Below are positions 52,218 through 64,000 of a stretch of DNA of 64,000 nt, in pieces. The stretch comes from Octopus bimaculoides. Its lineage: Eukaryota. The stretch's first letter is position 1; every line of letters starts with the position of its first letter. The notes under the pieces are model-generated. The model worked only from the letters and a program-made list of their open reading frames with translations, was not told the DNA's origin and did no database searches. Made by a program: the position numbers and the translations under genes. The DNA is taken from the NCBI RefSeq assembly GCF_001194135.2, contig NC_068982.1, positions 33,388,948 to 33,452,947 of the forward strand, given 5' to 3'.

Positions 52218-53599
52218 CTGTAATCAAATTAAACAAATAAAACTAATAGATTCCCAAAACTGGGAGGCAATTCATCAGCAATATGTGATTTTGTTAATAT
52301 TCTATTGCTCGCCACTAATTAAAGTGTTGGCCGCAGCAGTCTACCAAATGGGTTAAAACACACCTGAAAGAATAAATTGGTTAGATTCATTTTCATTAGT
52401 ACAAGCATGTGACTAATTATAAATAACTAAATTTTATTTTTGCCAACTATTTATCAAAGCATTGTGTGCAATATAAGAAGAAGCATAATGCATGATGATA
52501 ATGTATCAGGATGAACAATTTTATTGAGGTTATACTTCAAGATGAGATACAAATTTCTTAGGCTTTAGGTATTGTGGTTTAAGAAGTAAACAAGGAATTA
52601 ACACTACCAATTGATCATTCCTTTAATATCCTTTCTACTAGAGGCAAAATGCCTGGAATTTTTGAGGAGGGAACTAGTCAATTACACTGACACCAATACT
52701 CAACTGGTACTTCTTTTATTAACCCCAGACGGATGGAAGGCAAAGTTGACCTCAGTGGCATTTCAGAATGTAAAACCAGAAATGGCATTTAGCATTTTGT
52801 CTAGTGTGCTAAGAACTTTTTCAGCTCACCATTTCATCATCTCTTTAATATAAAACCATAGTCAGGAAGAAAGATATTTTTCTATCGTGTCTGACAAAAT
52901 TGAAAATGTACATGAAAAGAATGAAAGTACACAACTTCTGGTTTTATCACTTAATTATCATAGGAATTTGATTAATGATAAAAATCACAACTATGAAAGT
53001 TTTAATTCCATGTGAAATGGCACCAACTCTAAAATAAAGATATAAAATAGGTAAATTTACCCAATTTTTCAAGCAATTGATTCATCCCTAAAACTGAATT
53101 TTTTAATACATTTTTTTAACTGAACCTAAGTAATTCAAGTTTTTTTTTACCCCCACCCAATGGCTCAATCCCCAGTATTTCCTCCCTCCCAGTTTTTGTA
53201 TAAGTCAAAGCACTAACAAACACCTCAGAGGTGGTTGTAAGTTCTAAGACCCAAATCTTAAGAAACATGCCAAGGCAAAAATGAAACTGTCCTGACTTGT
53301 GAGATGACCAAGTGAAACAGCTTCACTTAAATGACTATGCCAAGTTCAGAATGTAATGATGATCTTTGTAAGTGACTTCTAAAAGATTGTCAGTGTTAAA
53401 TGTGGATAAAATATTTGTAGCACATTCAATGGAGTGAGTGTTCGCAAGCTGTCACTATAAACAACATGATATTGACTCTTAACTAAATAAACCATACCTT
53501 CAGTTCATGTAAGCATGCATAGTGTACGTATATTTGTATATGTTTATGGGCATGCCTATATATATTTCAGTCAAGCATCAAAAGACATGGACAAGATAT

Positions 53600-54480
53600 A
53601 TATATATATATATATATCTGGCAAAAACATCCATCTTTCACCATCTTTTGAATAGGATTATTTCCTTTCGATCATCTCACCACACATTTACCACCAAATC
53701 TATTTCTTCTATTCTCAAATTCACAAGAACACCACCTAGGCATACAGACTATGTCACTTCTTTCAATCCTTTTCCACCATCTATAAATAGGCTTGGCAGC
53801 ATCCTAAAATATGATACTACTAACTACCTTTCCCACCCATCCCTTCCCTTTATCTCTGTCCTTGGTTTATCACGCATACCCACACCACCTATAAACTACA
53901 CACAGGCATTCCTTCCTCCTCATTAGACCTTTTAACATCATCCCCCTATTCCTCCTTCACTCTATATGCTCATCCCCTCTACCCTGTTAAGACCAACTGA
54001 CCATAAATATATTGCTACCATCCTTTGCCTCTATCTCTCCTCTATCCCCTTTCACATTCTGTCTTCATGACTTGACCTTTGGCCATTCTTCAAGTAAACA
54101 AGCAAAAATCCATTGCAATATGGAATATATATACCTCTGCTATCTATGCTATATCAACTTTCGCTCCAACATAAATTTCCGATTATCCACACAAGGATTA
54201 CTTTGCACGGATTTCTACACAGATATTTATCACTGGAACGAAACTACACTTCAAGTACTGTTCTCTCTTTTTTCAGCACATCACACTCTTTACCACTTCA
54301 TATTAAAAATATCCGCCTATGGATATAATAATAGATTACTTTATTTTTTCTGTCTCCGATGAAGGGAAGTACTGGATCTTCCCAGAAACAGCTGTAAGAC
54401 TCTATCCATAAAATACTTCTCCAACCTTACCTTTGCTCTCTTTATCTTTTTGTTTTTATATATTTACATATATATATATA
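53600..54480 (+). mobile_element. C/T-rich probable non-autonomous Penelope-derived repeat ending in the hammerhead motif
   Basis: Compositionally distinct block (C-rich on the plus strand) ending in the HHR motif and a (TA)n run. No intact ORF. Confidence 0.4.
54352..54400 (+). ncRNA. Degenerate minimal type I hammerhead ribozyme motif (Penelope/retrozyme type)
   Basis: gtct-CCGATGA-a-gggaag-tactggat-cttccc-a-GAAA-c-agct-g-TA-agac. Stems I and II pair, loop III is the palindrome AGCT, and the cleavage triplet is GUA. Deviations: U4 is C, and stem II closes with an A.A mismatch. Confidence 0.6.
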
Positions 54481-57400
54481 TATATGCTTATAAAATAATA
54501 TTATTATTTGCAGAATTGTCACTCATCACCGCTTCTCAAATCACTGCAGAAAACACACATGCTTGTTTGTTTAAAAAACAACAATATGAAATTATAGTTT
54601 TTAAATCTAATGGGAAGAAGTGAGTGGATATGTTGGGGGTAATGATAGCACACTTATCAGAAATATATAGAGGTGTGAGTTCAAGCCCCAATATTTTACT
54701 ATTCTCATTAGTCAATACATAGTGATCACTTATCACTGCTTCTCAAATCATTGCAGAAAACACACATGCATTTTGTTTATATATATATATATGTATGTAT
54801 TTCATGTTACACTAAGAAGCAATGCAAGTTATCAGAATTTTCCAATTTGAGTATGATAAACCAACCCATTCCAAATCCTTGAGCGAGTAGTTGTGTAAAT
54901 GGAATAAGGATTGGTGAGCTTACAATGGTATGGAGACATAAAATGTATAATAATGAAGTCATATTTTGAAATATCTTAACTGAGAAAGATCTCACATAAG
55001 AGATGAATCTCTTTTTATATGCTGTGAAATGATCTGAGACATATGTATTAAATGCATTCAAAATATCATTACTTGGTTTGATTTCATTATCACACACACA
55101 CACACACATATAAGTACATATACTTTGTAGATCCTTGTGTCTAACAATGAATGAAGAGGATGAAAAAAAATACAGGCATTAAAATGAAAAACAACCATCA
55201 TTAGCAAGAGAAAAATATAAGCATTGTTAATAAGGCAAAAAATAATGGAAAGCAAAAAGAAAAAAATTTAAAGCAATGAATATAAAAAGAAGTAAAATGA
55301 AAATGAGTGATTTAAAAAATTAATTAGATAATTTTTTTAAACTTTCAACAAGATTAAACATTGTACAGGTAATATAAATGAAATGAATGAAGAAAAGCCA
55401 TGTCACACTTGGCATATGTAACTGTTCCAAATTTCAAACATCACATAGAAAATATGTAAATAGTTATTGTAGTAGTGGTTGTAGTATATACTAAAAAATA
55501 ATATTGAAATGATTGAAAAATAAAAAAAATTTAAAATTTTGAAGAAAAAAAAGGGAAAAATTTTACAAAACCAAACATTTGTCAATGAAATGTAATGAGA
55601 ACAAATGTAAAGAAAAATGGACAGCAGCGAAAGGGAAAAAAAAAGAAAAAGCAAGAGATGCAAGGATATTCAAAACAATTGTGAATAAGGAAGTCTAAAT
55701 AAGGCCACACAACTAATATGTTAAGCAGCTAGTTCAGCACTAAACAACAGAGAGGAAATATGTAACAAACTTAGAACCCAAAGAAGAAGAAAACTCTAAT
55801 GAGCAAAAAAATAAAAATAATTTGTTAATGAACAAATAAGCAAACACAATATTTAAACAAAATTCATGCAAATTGGATTTAAATAGACAAACATTTAAAT
55901 ACACAAACATTTAAATACACAAACATTTATACATGAACTTATATATACACATGTACATAAAAACAGTTAGTTTGAATTTGTGTTTTACAATTAGAATTCT
56001 AATATATAAATTAGCTGCTATCCTGATTAAATCTACACTCATCAATACTTTGACTCAAATAACCTGCGTGCTGTTTCCAGACTCTCATAAAAATATACTC
56101 AGTCTTTTTGACAAATAACAAACAAATCTCAGCCAGAAACTAAGAGGAAAATGGATTCCTTGATTTCGATCAAATACTTCAATGGCCATTTTCATATGAC
56201 AACAAGAAAGTGATATTCGCAATGTTAAAAAAGCCTCTATTTATCCATACCACCTATTTGTACTACCTTTCTACATGATCATCATCATAACATTGATTTC
56301 TTTGTGCAGAAATGAACTACATGGAGCCTACAAGTAAACAGCATTTCTCTATTTGTTGTGATTCAGCATAGACTTGTTCATGGGGCATACTAATCCTCAG
56401 ATTTGATCTCCCAAGTATAACAGGAAATCGAATAAAAAGAACAGGCTGATATTAATTACGCCCATGGCTTCAGATGAACAAATTAAATAACAGAGCAGAA
56501 AAGTGCCAAATTGTGAAACCGTTGTGCTACTCTTTTTTCAGTTAAGCAATAAGTGACCAAGACAGTAAGGGTGCCTCTCTCTGGTTGCTTCATATGCTAG
56601 AAAGATTATCCTAATCTTCTTCAATTCATACACCACTATCTTCAAAATGAGAGAACACACTGGATAATGTAGCTATAGATGCACAGTATGTCCAAAATGA
56701 CTGGGTGGTTACTGCTCCAAAGCCTTTGATCAAAGGATGTTCCAGTAATGACAAGGAAGAAAGGAAAGAAGGAATAAATTTGTATATGACAATGAAGGTG
56801 TGAGAGGCTTTGGGAAATGAAGTGAGGTGGCAGAGGCAGATTTTGATAGGGAGAAAAAGCACAGAGGGATCTATGTATGTAGACAGTGAAGAAGAGAAGA
56901 AAAGAAGAAGTGGGCAAGTGGGTCAGTGAGATTAATGGAAAGCAAAAGAGTAAGAGTTTAAGAGTAAGAAATTGAAGAGACAAATAAAAATAACCGGAAG
57001 AAGAGAAAATGAAACACAAGAAGAAAATGGAGCAAAGTTTCAGCAGAAAGATTCAGAATTACTTATTTACTTAAAAATTGTACAAAGAGCATTTAAGTCC
57101 TATTACTAACCAGGTTGATCAATGAAGGGATAGTGTAGTATAAAGGCTGGATAAGTTTCTGGCAATAAATGCTAGACAAACCTACAGAGCATGAATATTG
57201 AGTACTGCTAGGGTTTCAATTTTTACATGATTAAGAAGACAGTGGTGCAAAACAGCATGGCTAAAGGTATGGAAATTGCCATTTCCATATCCTAACCAAA
57301 GCCATATATTATTTATTTAACTGGTATTTCATTTCAGTCAAATTTGCGACACACTTAAAAGCCATAGCAACATAAACATGCAAATTGAAAAGGACAGCAG

Positions 57401-58225
57401 TTGGATATAAAAATAGCAAAACTGAAAAGAGGCAAAAAGAAACTTTGCTAGCACTCACATTAAGGACAAGAGACAAATTTCTATTCACTTTTGCTCAACC
57501 ACATGTAAATGGAAATAAGCTACTGTTTGTAAACCTTGATAGCAATAACTTCATGAGTAGTAGAGATCAAATGAATCAGATAATGAATTATTAGGCAATT
57601 ATTAGACTATGTAATAAGTGGTGACAAGTGCTGTGAATGCAATTTTAGCACCAAATTTTAAGGGGCTCAAAAGCAATGTGACTATATGTTTTTCTGAGCA
57701 GATGTTACAATGCAACTGAGGGGAGGCTATAATAAATAAAAATAATAAGTAACTGCTGAAAGGAAGGCAAAAGTTTGCAGATGAGATATTCTCTGAATTT
57801 TTCCAATCCCCACAAAATAGGAAAATCCAATGTTTGCAAGAGACTGTGCCAAGAAAGCCATGACCAGAAAAGGAAAGCACTCAGTGGACAACCAATTGAA
57901 AAAACTTTCCAATGTGCATTCTGGAACTTTCCATGATAGAAATGTTTCTGTATATATATATAAATTAATTTTTGTTAAATATGTTATTTCAAATTTACTT
58001 CATTTCCATTTCATTTTTAAAATGATATTTACCTGACAAATTCAGCAGAACTATATGAGTAATTTTTTTGTATTAATGAATCATTATTATGTGTGTAAGT
58101 GCATGTGAATTTATTCCATGTTATAGCTTTCAGCAATTACGCTGATAAATCCCAGTATTTCTGGCTATTTACCTATTTATGTGCGCTCGTGTTCAAATAA
58201 AAATCCTACAATGTGCACAATTCTT

Positions 58226-58263
<38 letters not shown>

Positions 58264-59086
58264 TGCGTATGCGTGTGTGCATGCGTATGTGCACGCGCGC
58301 ACATGTATTTCCCAGCAAAATATAAATAATTCATTTTACATTTTTGGAACAAAAAATTTTAGTAAGTTTACATTTCATTGTGCTTGCTTCTAAATACAGT
58401 AGTTCCAAGACAAAATTTATGCCATAAATTTTATACAAGAATCTTTTTTTTAATAACTTCTATTCCAAATGCCAAATTCATATAATAATAAACAAAAATA
58501 TTATTTTTGTTTCAGAAAACCAAACAAAGTTCGCAAATATTTTAGAATGTAAATGAAGCTCATAAAGATGTATTTTAGTTAGAAATATAATAAAAAGACA
58601 TTTCTATAAAGCAAAATACAACGGCATAATTGCACCCATACTTTGGTGAGACATGTTTATATATATAACCTAGAAGAGAAACTATTACTGTGTGACTAAT
58701 CCACACCTCTATGCAGATAGGCACAGAGGTACAATTGTACATGTACAAGAGTTCTTGTTAACGACACACAAGATATTTCATTAATTTCAAACCCGACCTT
58801 CCACTAACAAACATACAGGACTCATCAATAACATCTCTAAACCTGCTAGACACAACAACCAGACTTCTCTCAGAGCACATTTCACTAATTTTTTTTTTTT
58901 TAAATCATGATATGCTGGATAATGTAATTCTAGATACATCAAGACAACTCAAATTAAGACAGGATAGAAGCAGCTGGAATAACTAATACTATGTCAGCTT
59001 AATCAAGCCCAATTTAAGGCACAACAACAACAACTACACACAATTATTATGTAGAACATATAACATTTTTGGGGTTTTTTTTTTAC

Positions 59087-59259
59087 CATAAGAAGAATAA
59101 GCATCTCCGGAACTGATGCTCCTCTGGTGTCCCTGAATGGCATCTGATGGCATTGTGCTTAAGTTCATCATTGATTGACTTGGCGTTGGGTTCTCTCTGG
59201 CATCATGAAAGGAGTCTTCATCAGATTCCTCTGCTCCAGTTAGGCTATTCAAACTATGG
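59087..59259 (-). CDS. Coding exon C (173 nt; HSLNSLTGAEESDEDSFHDARENPTPSQS...GHQRSISSGDAYSSY), carrying the FFAT-like motif
   Basis: Acceptor ttttttgtttctag|C; donor TATG|GTAAAA. Phase 2 to 1, in frame with exons B and D. Confidence 0.9.
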
Positions 59260-61318
59260 CTAGAAACAAAAAAACAAAATGATTATGATAGTGGGGTTGT
59301 TTTGTTTTTTCTTTACCAAGGACAACAAATCAACTACATCAACAACTTACAACCTCATGTAGCTTTTAATGTGTACATTTAGTTTTTAGATATGTACTTT
59401 ATTCATGTAGGAAAAGGCTTCAAACTAAAATCTCAATTTTTCTTTCATCTTAAGACTGCAAACAAGCTTGAGTGTTGTCTTCATTTTTTATCATACTGAC
59501 CCTAGGACTTTGTCTGGGACATTTTCTTTGTGTTGATCTCTCTTATAAGGACCAAATGATAATGCCAACTTTTGCATAAAGGACCTTAATTCAAAGGAAA
59601 TTCAATACTACAGAGTATTTTTGTTTTAAATGCTGATTTACTTTAACCTTTTTGTTATATTTCTTTTGAAATTTACTGACTTTATTTCAATTAATATTGA
59701 AAATAATGAAGGATTACTTGAATTAATGTTTTTCGTTGCTATTAAGACGTGTTTGGCACATAAATTAAAATACAATTTTGATGGTAGGTTTTAGAACTAA
59801 GGACCATCTCAAGCAGGTTGGTATCAAAAGGGTTAACCATTTCATGTCAGTGCATGCACACACACACACACACACACATTCATACACACCCATACATGCA
59901 AGCATACACTTTATTCTTTTACAGGTTTCAGTCATTGGACTACAGCAATGGCTATACTACTGGCTCCTACTAGCACCAGTACATAGTTCAGTCTTGTTGT
60001 AATTTTATCAATCCCTAGTTTTAAAACTGCTAGGTTATGATGGCTCACGTTCAGGTCTCTGATCCTCTCTGTTTTACTCTATAGCTTTGAGGCTTGACAC
60101 TCTCAAGGGCCTCAGGAGCCACCTGAACTCCTTTGGTATTAAGACATTTTGTGGGATTATGGACTACCATTGTTGGTTACCATGGTCAGATATTTTATCC
60201 AACCGATGACTTGAGCACAAAAACAGGGATGTGTCCTGTTGTATGATTCAGGGGCATCAAGTTAGATACACACATATACATACAAACAAACACACAATCA
60301 TACATACAAAAAAAAAACAACACACACACACAAACACAATGGGCTTCCTACAGTTCCTGTCCACAAGATTCATGCACAAGGTATTGGTTGATCTGGGGCA
60401 ATAATAGATGCTTACCAAAAGTGCTGCAGAGAAGAACTAAACCTGAAATTGCATGACTGCAAAGAGAACTTCTAAACCACATAGCCATACCTACCTCTAT
60501 CTATGACTGTGTTCATGTGTGTGTGTTTTAATAAGGACATTGCTTATGGCGTTCATAGGCCCTGTGACACCATTAAGCTTGATGAAATTAAAAACTGGAA
60601 GCCGATAACTACGGAAAAGCAAGAGAGCAGGTGGTGGGATCTCACACCATGCTCATGCCCATATTATTTTTCCAACCAAACCCCACTCTATACATGAATA
60701 ATAAAAACTACTACAAACTATTAATACACCTCATTATGTCATGATTTTATCCATACTGCATCTTGAGAAACTTGAAGTGCAACATAGCACCTGGCACCTG
60801 TGCTGGTGCCAATGCAACATGCCAATGCCCCCACCCCACTCCACCTAACCCCAGCTCATCCTAGTATACTTTAGAGGGTGATTTGGTGAATGAGCAGAGG
60901 AAAATATTGAGAGGTCTATTTAGCTTTGTCTTACCAAGAACTTGACACCTTCTCTAATGTTGGTACCACAAAACAAAAAAAAGGACCAAATACATAGTGT
61001 AAAATTGAGAGTAAACAAGTGAAAAAAATTATAAGGTTAAGGAGTTTCTTTAGTCCTGTTATACCAAGGACTTGGTAACCTCTCCAGTGATTGTGCCAAG
61101 AGAGAATGCACCTAGTACAGCCTGTAAAGAAGTTGGCAGCTGTAAAAACCATGTTAAAATAACAAACACAAGCACCATTCTTATGACAGTAGTGGCTTCC
61201 AATAAAGAAACAGCTCAGCTGCTGAAGATTTGAAGTGCTTCAATCAACAGCCACAACAATAAAAAACATTAAGAATAATAATTCAAATACTTTTTAAAGG
61301 TTTCAGATATTGACTTAC

Positions 61319-61849
61319 CTTTTCCCACTGAGTGATGAAGCCATGGTTGACCGGATATAATTTAGGTTCCTATGGGATTTAGGGATTTCTGAATGAGTTC
61401 TTTGATGGCCACGAATTTCTTTGTGAGCCCCTGAGCCAACATGCTCCCCATATCCAGCACTTACAGGACCAGGATCAAAATCCTCTTTATCTCTGCCAGC
61501 AGCAGAAACAAATCGTCCTTCTGTGCCATGAACACATTCAGCGGTTGATTTCACTAGTTCGCTTACAGCAGATGTGAAACTGTTTTCTGTTGTAGGCGCA
61601 GTGGACACAGCCAAATTCTCAGATGAGTTACCCACAGTGACTCCATTGATGCAGATACGGACACCAGAATCATTAACATCCGCTGCACCACAGGCAGGTC
61701 CGTAGTCGTTATACAAACCAGAATTCAATAAATTTCCTGAAAGGTCCGGTGCGAAGACAGCGTCACTGTAGACAGGTTGCCGTTCAACCCCAGGAGCCAA
61801 GTCCAGCATTGATCTGTGATGAACTGTAAAGTAAGCATATGAAACCTTA
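61319..61849 (-). CDS. Coding exon B (531 nt, 177 codons; KVSYAYFTVHHRSMLDL...GHQRTHSE...MASSLSGK)
   Basis: Lies inside ORF 61315-61869. Acceptor ctgac...ttttgtgttttttttaatattcag|T with a branch-like CTGAC; donor AAAAG|GTAAGT. Phase 2 to 2. GC is visibly above the flanks. Confidence 0.9.
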
Positions 61850-62639
61850 CTGAATATTAAAAAAAACACAAAAGCGGTCAGAATACTAATGGTAAAAAGA
61901 GAAATAATAGTGTTGGTGAAGCTAGTGAAATAGCAGCAAAGGGTGAGAGTAGAGGTTTTTATGGTAATACAGATGGTATTGATAGTGTTGAATAATTATA
62001 GTCTTGGTGGTGGTTGTGACAACAACAGTTTTAAAATTATTGGCAATAGTCAGGGACAGTTTCACGTATGGGCTAATATGGGCCATGGTCTAGAGGTCCC
62101 TTTAACTCAGAAAAGCCTAAAACTTGGAGTTAAAAATTAAAAAATATATTTACAGCAATCAAGTATTTTTTTTTTTACCTGTTTGAATGTTTTTTAATAC
62201 AAAAAAAAAGTTATTTTAAAATTATTCAGCCTTCTTCTGACATATTGGGCCTTTTTACATCTAAATGTACATTTAAATGTTCATTTAAAGCCATTATATT
62301 TAACTGAGTCACTTGGAGTCTACTAAAGCCCTTTTAAGGTTTGCGGTCTCCTCAAACTGTTTGGGAGCTCTAGACTTAATGAAGCCCTCTATATTTTATA
62401 ATGTGTAGCAAAATCATAAGGGCCCCCAAAACCTATTACCTTAGGGGTCCAACTAGGTCTCAATCTGAGACCAGTGATAGTGTTAGCTGTTCTGATGATG
62501 AGGGTAATAGTGGTGAAGATGATGATATAATACTAATGATAATTGGAAGAATGACAATAAGCAGTCTCGTAGATTGTTCTTTTATGCTTCACTCACTGGA
62601 CTACAGCCATGATAAAATGGTAAAGGTCCCTTCAGTTAT

Positions 62640-62910
62640 AAATGACTATGAGATTGCACTTACAAAGTTCCCCCCCGAGACACAAGTCAGGGCAAGGTTA
62701 TTTATGGAAGACTAATAGTCACCCATGCATACCCTCTGCATACCACCAATGTTATCTAAGAGAAAGGCAAAAGTTGATACAGTTTGGTACCAGTGACATC
62801 ACAACTCATTTCTACAGCTCAAAAACACAACACACAGCCCTGTCCGGGAATCAAACTCACTACCACATGATTGTGAGCCCGACACCCTAACCATACAGTC
62901 ATGTGCCTTC
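62640..62910 (-). mobile_element. tRNA-derived SINE (another family)
   Basis: Minus head GGCACATGACTGTATGGTTAGGGTGTCGGGCTCACAATCATGTGGTAGTGAGTTTGATTCCCGG has A-box and B-box-like motifs. Confidence 0.55.
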
Positions 62911-63292
62911 ATGGACTACAGTCATGATAAGACACCTTAAAGAGTTTTAGTCATTCAAATTAATTCTGAACTAACTTTTAAAACTTGGTTCTTGTTTTAT
63001 AAGTCTCTTTTTGTTGCACAGCTATGTTACAGGGATATAAACAAATCAATAGTGGTTGCCAATGCAATAGAGACAAACACAAAGACACAAGGAATCAGTC
63101 AGCTAAGTCTTATAGTAGAAGACACTTGCCTGAGGTACTGCATAATGGGACTGAACCCAAAATCATATGGCTGTGAAGCAAACTTCTTAGCCACACACTG
63201 TGTCTGTGTCTGTTAATTAATAACAAAAAAAACCCCAGAGAAATCAATACTATTTCTTTTAATTAGAAGATTTAATTTATATTGTTACATAC

Positions 63293-63332
63293 AAGTCATC
63301 TAACAAACTATTGTCACTTCTACCATTGGCAG
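63293..63332 (-). CDS. Coding exon A of the unnamed minus-strand gene (AANGRSDNSLLDD|F). May extend to an upstream acceptor at 63467 in the same frame, adding a His-rich stretch.
   Basis: Donor GACTT|GTATGT. Pyrimidine-rich acceptor cttcttttcattcttctcaccattgaag|CT. Ends in phase 2, matching exon B. The alternative acceptor ttctttttgtcag|TC at 63467 keeps the frame open. Confidence 0.55.
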
Positions 63333-63559
63333 CTTCAATGGTGAGAAGAATGAAAAGAAGCTTTTGTTCAATCCATAACTGATGATGATGAAGAGGTGGG
63401 GTGACAGAATGGCAGTAATGGTGGTGGTGGTGGTGGTGGTTGCGAAAATGTCTTGGAATTGTGAAGACTGACAAAAAGAACCAATATATTTGAGTTACTA
63501 TCCAAGATATAAAAGCCTAAATGTGAAATTGGAGAGAGAGGCATAAGGCAAATTTGTGA

Positions 63560-63680
63560 TCATCACCATTTAACATCCGCTCCCATGCTGGCATGGTTTG
63601 GATGGTTTCACTGAAAACTGGAAAGCTGGGGAGCTGCACCAGGTGTTCTGATCTGATTCGGCAAGGTTTCTATGGCAGGA
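63560..63680 (-). mobile_element. RTE-type tail fragment (inverted)
   Basis: CATCACCATTTAACATCCGCTCCCATGCTGGCATGG... Confidence 0.6.
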
Positions 63681-63692
63681 TATATATATATA

Positions 63693-63783
63693 CTAGCAGA
63701 AATACCCGGCGTTGCCCGGGTTAAAGAGAATAATGAAATCTAAAAACGCCGTCTAGACTACGCATCATCTTTATATATAGAGA
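63693..63783 (-). mobile_element. 91-bp non-autonomous mini-Helitron
   Basis: On the minus strand: A|TCTCTATATATAAAG at the 5' end, hairpin CCCGG-GCAACG-CCGGG, then TATTTCTGCTAG|T at the 3' end. The flanking bases give an A|T target. Confidence 0.65.
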
Positions 63784-64000
63784 TGTATATACACACACGC
63801 ACCCAAACACACGTATATATATGTATATCAATATAAATATATGAAAGTCAATGAAGTTTCGTAAAAGAAGGTGATCATGTACATACTTTCTTGCTGTTGT
63901 GATTATAACACCTCGTTGTAAACAATGTTCCTTGTTTTCCCTTGTGGAGCATATACAAATAGGTTTTTTTGCTGCCCACTCTTGAGCAGCCAACATACAG

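Noticed and set aside
61824-61849. Inner acceptor ttactttacag|TT at 61823 for exon B
   Set aside because: It is phase 1, which mismatches the phase-2 GTATGT donor of exon A. The acceptor at 61849 has the stronger tract and restores the frame. Minor use cannot be excluded.
62401-62715. 104-aa plus-strand ORF with an acidic patch
   Set aside because: It is made of (GAT)-like simple repeats and runs into an antisense SINE; no splice support.

Overview
This is AT-rich eukaryotic genomic DNA, dense in microsatellites and SINEs, with five N gaps. The SINE and RTE-tail families resemble those of octopod cephalopods (Octopus); this is recognition from memory, not a database result. The main feature is the 3' part of a large minus-strand protein-coding gene that the ORF track does not assemble. 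Ten small exons (63332-63293, 61849-61319, 59259-59087, 52217-52147, 46841-46682, 45001-44968, 39125-39096, 27477-27369, 14545-14521, 14328-14321) all have AG/GT boundaries, and their phases chain into one stop-free frame of about 390 aa ending ...STRKKFKKKVKSEEDPEV*. The peptide looks low-complexity and disordered, with an FFAT-like motif (EESDED-SFHDARE) and a polybasic C-terminus. I cannot name the gene. Introns hold tRNA-derived SINEs, RTE, CR1-like, Dong/R4-like and Penelope-like fragments, a degenerate minimal hammerhead ribozyme, a 91-bp mini-Helitron, a 142-bp palindrome and a 116-bp duplication flanking an RTE insertion. No prokaryotic features, CRISPR arrays, rRNA or true tRNA genes are supported.
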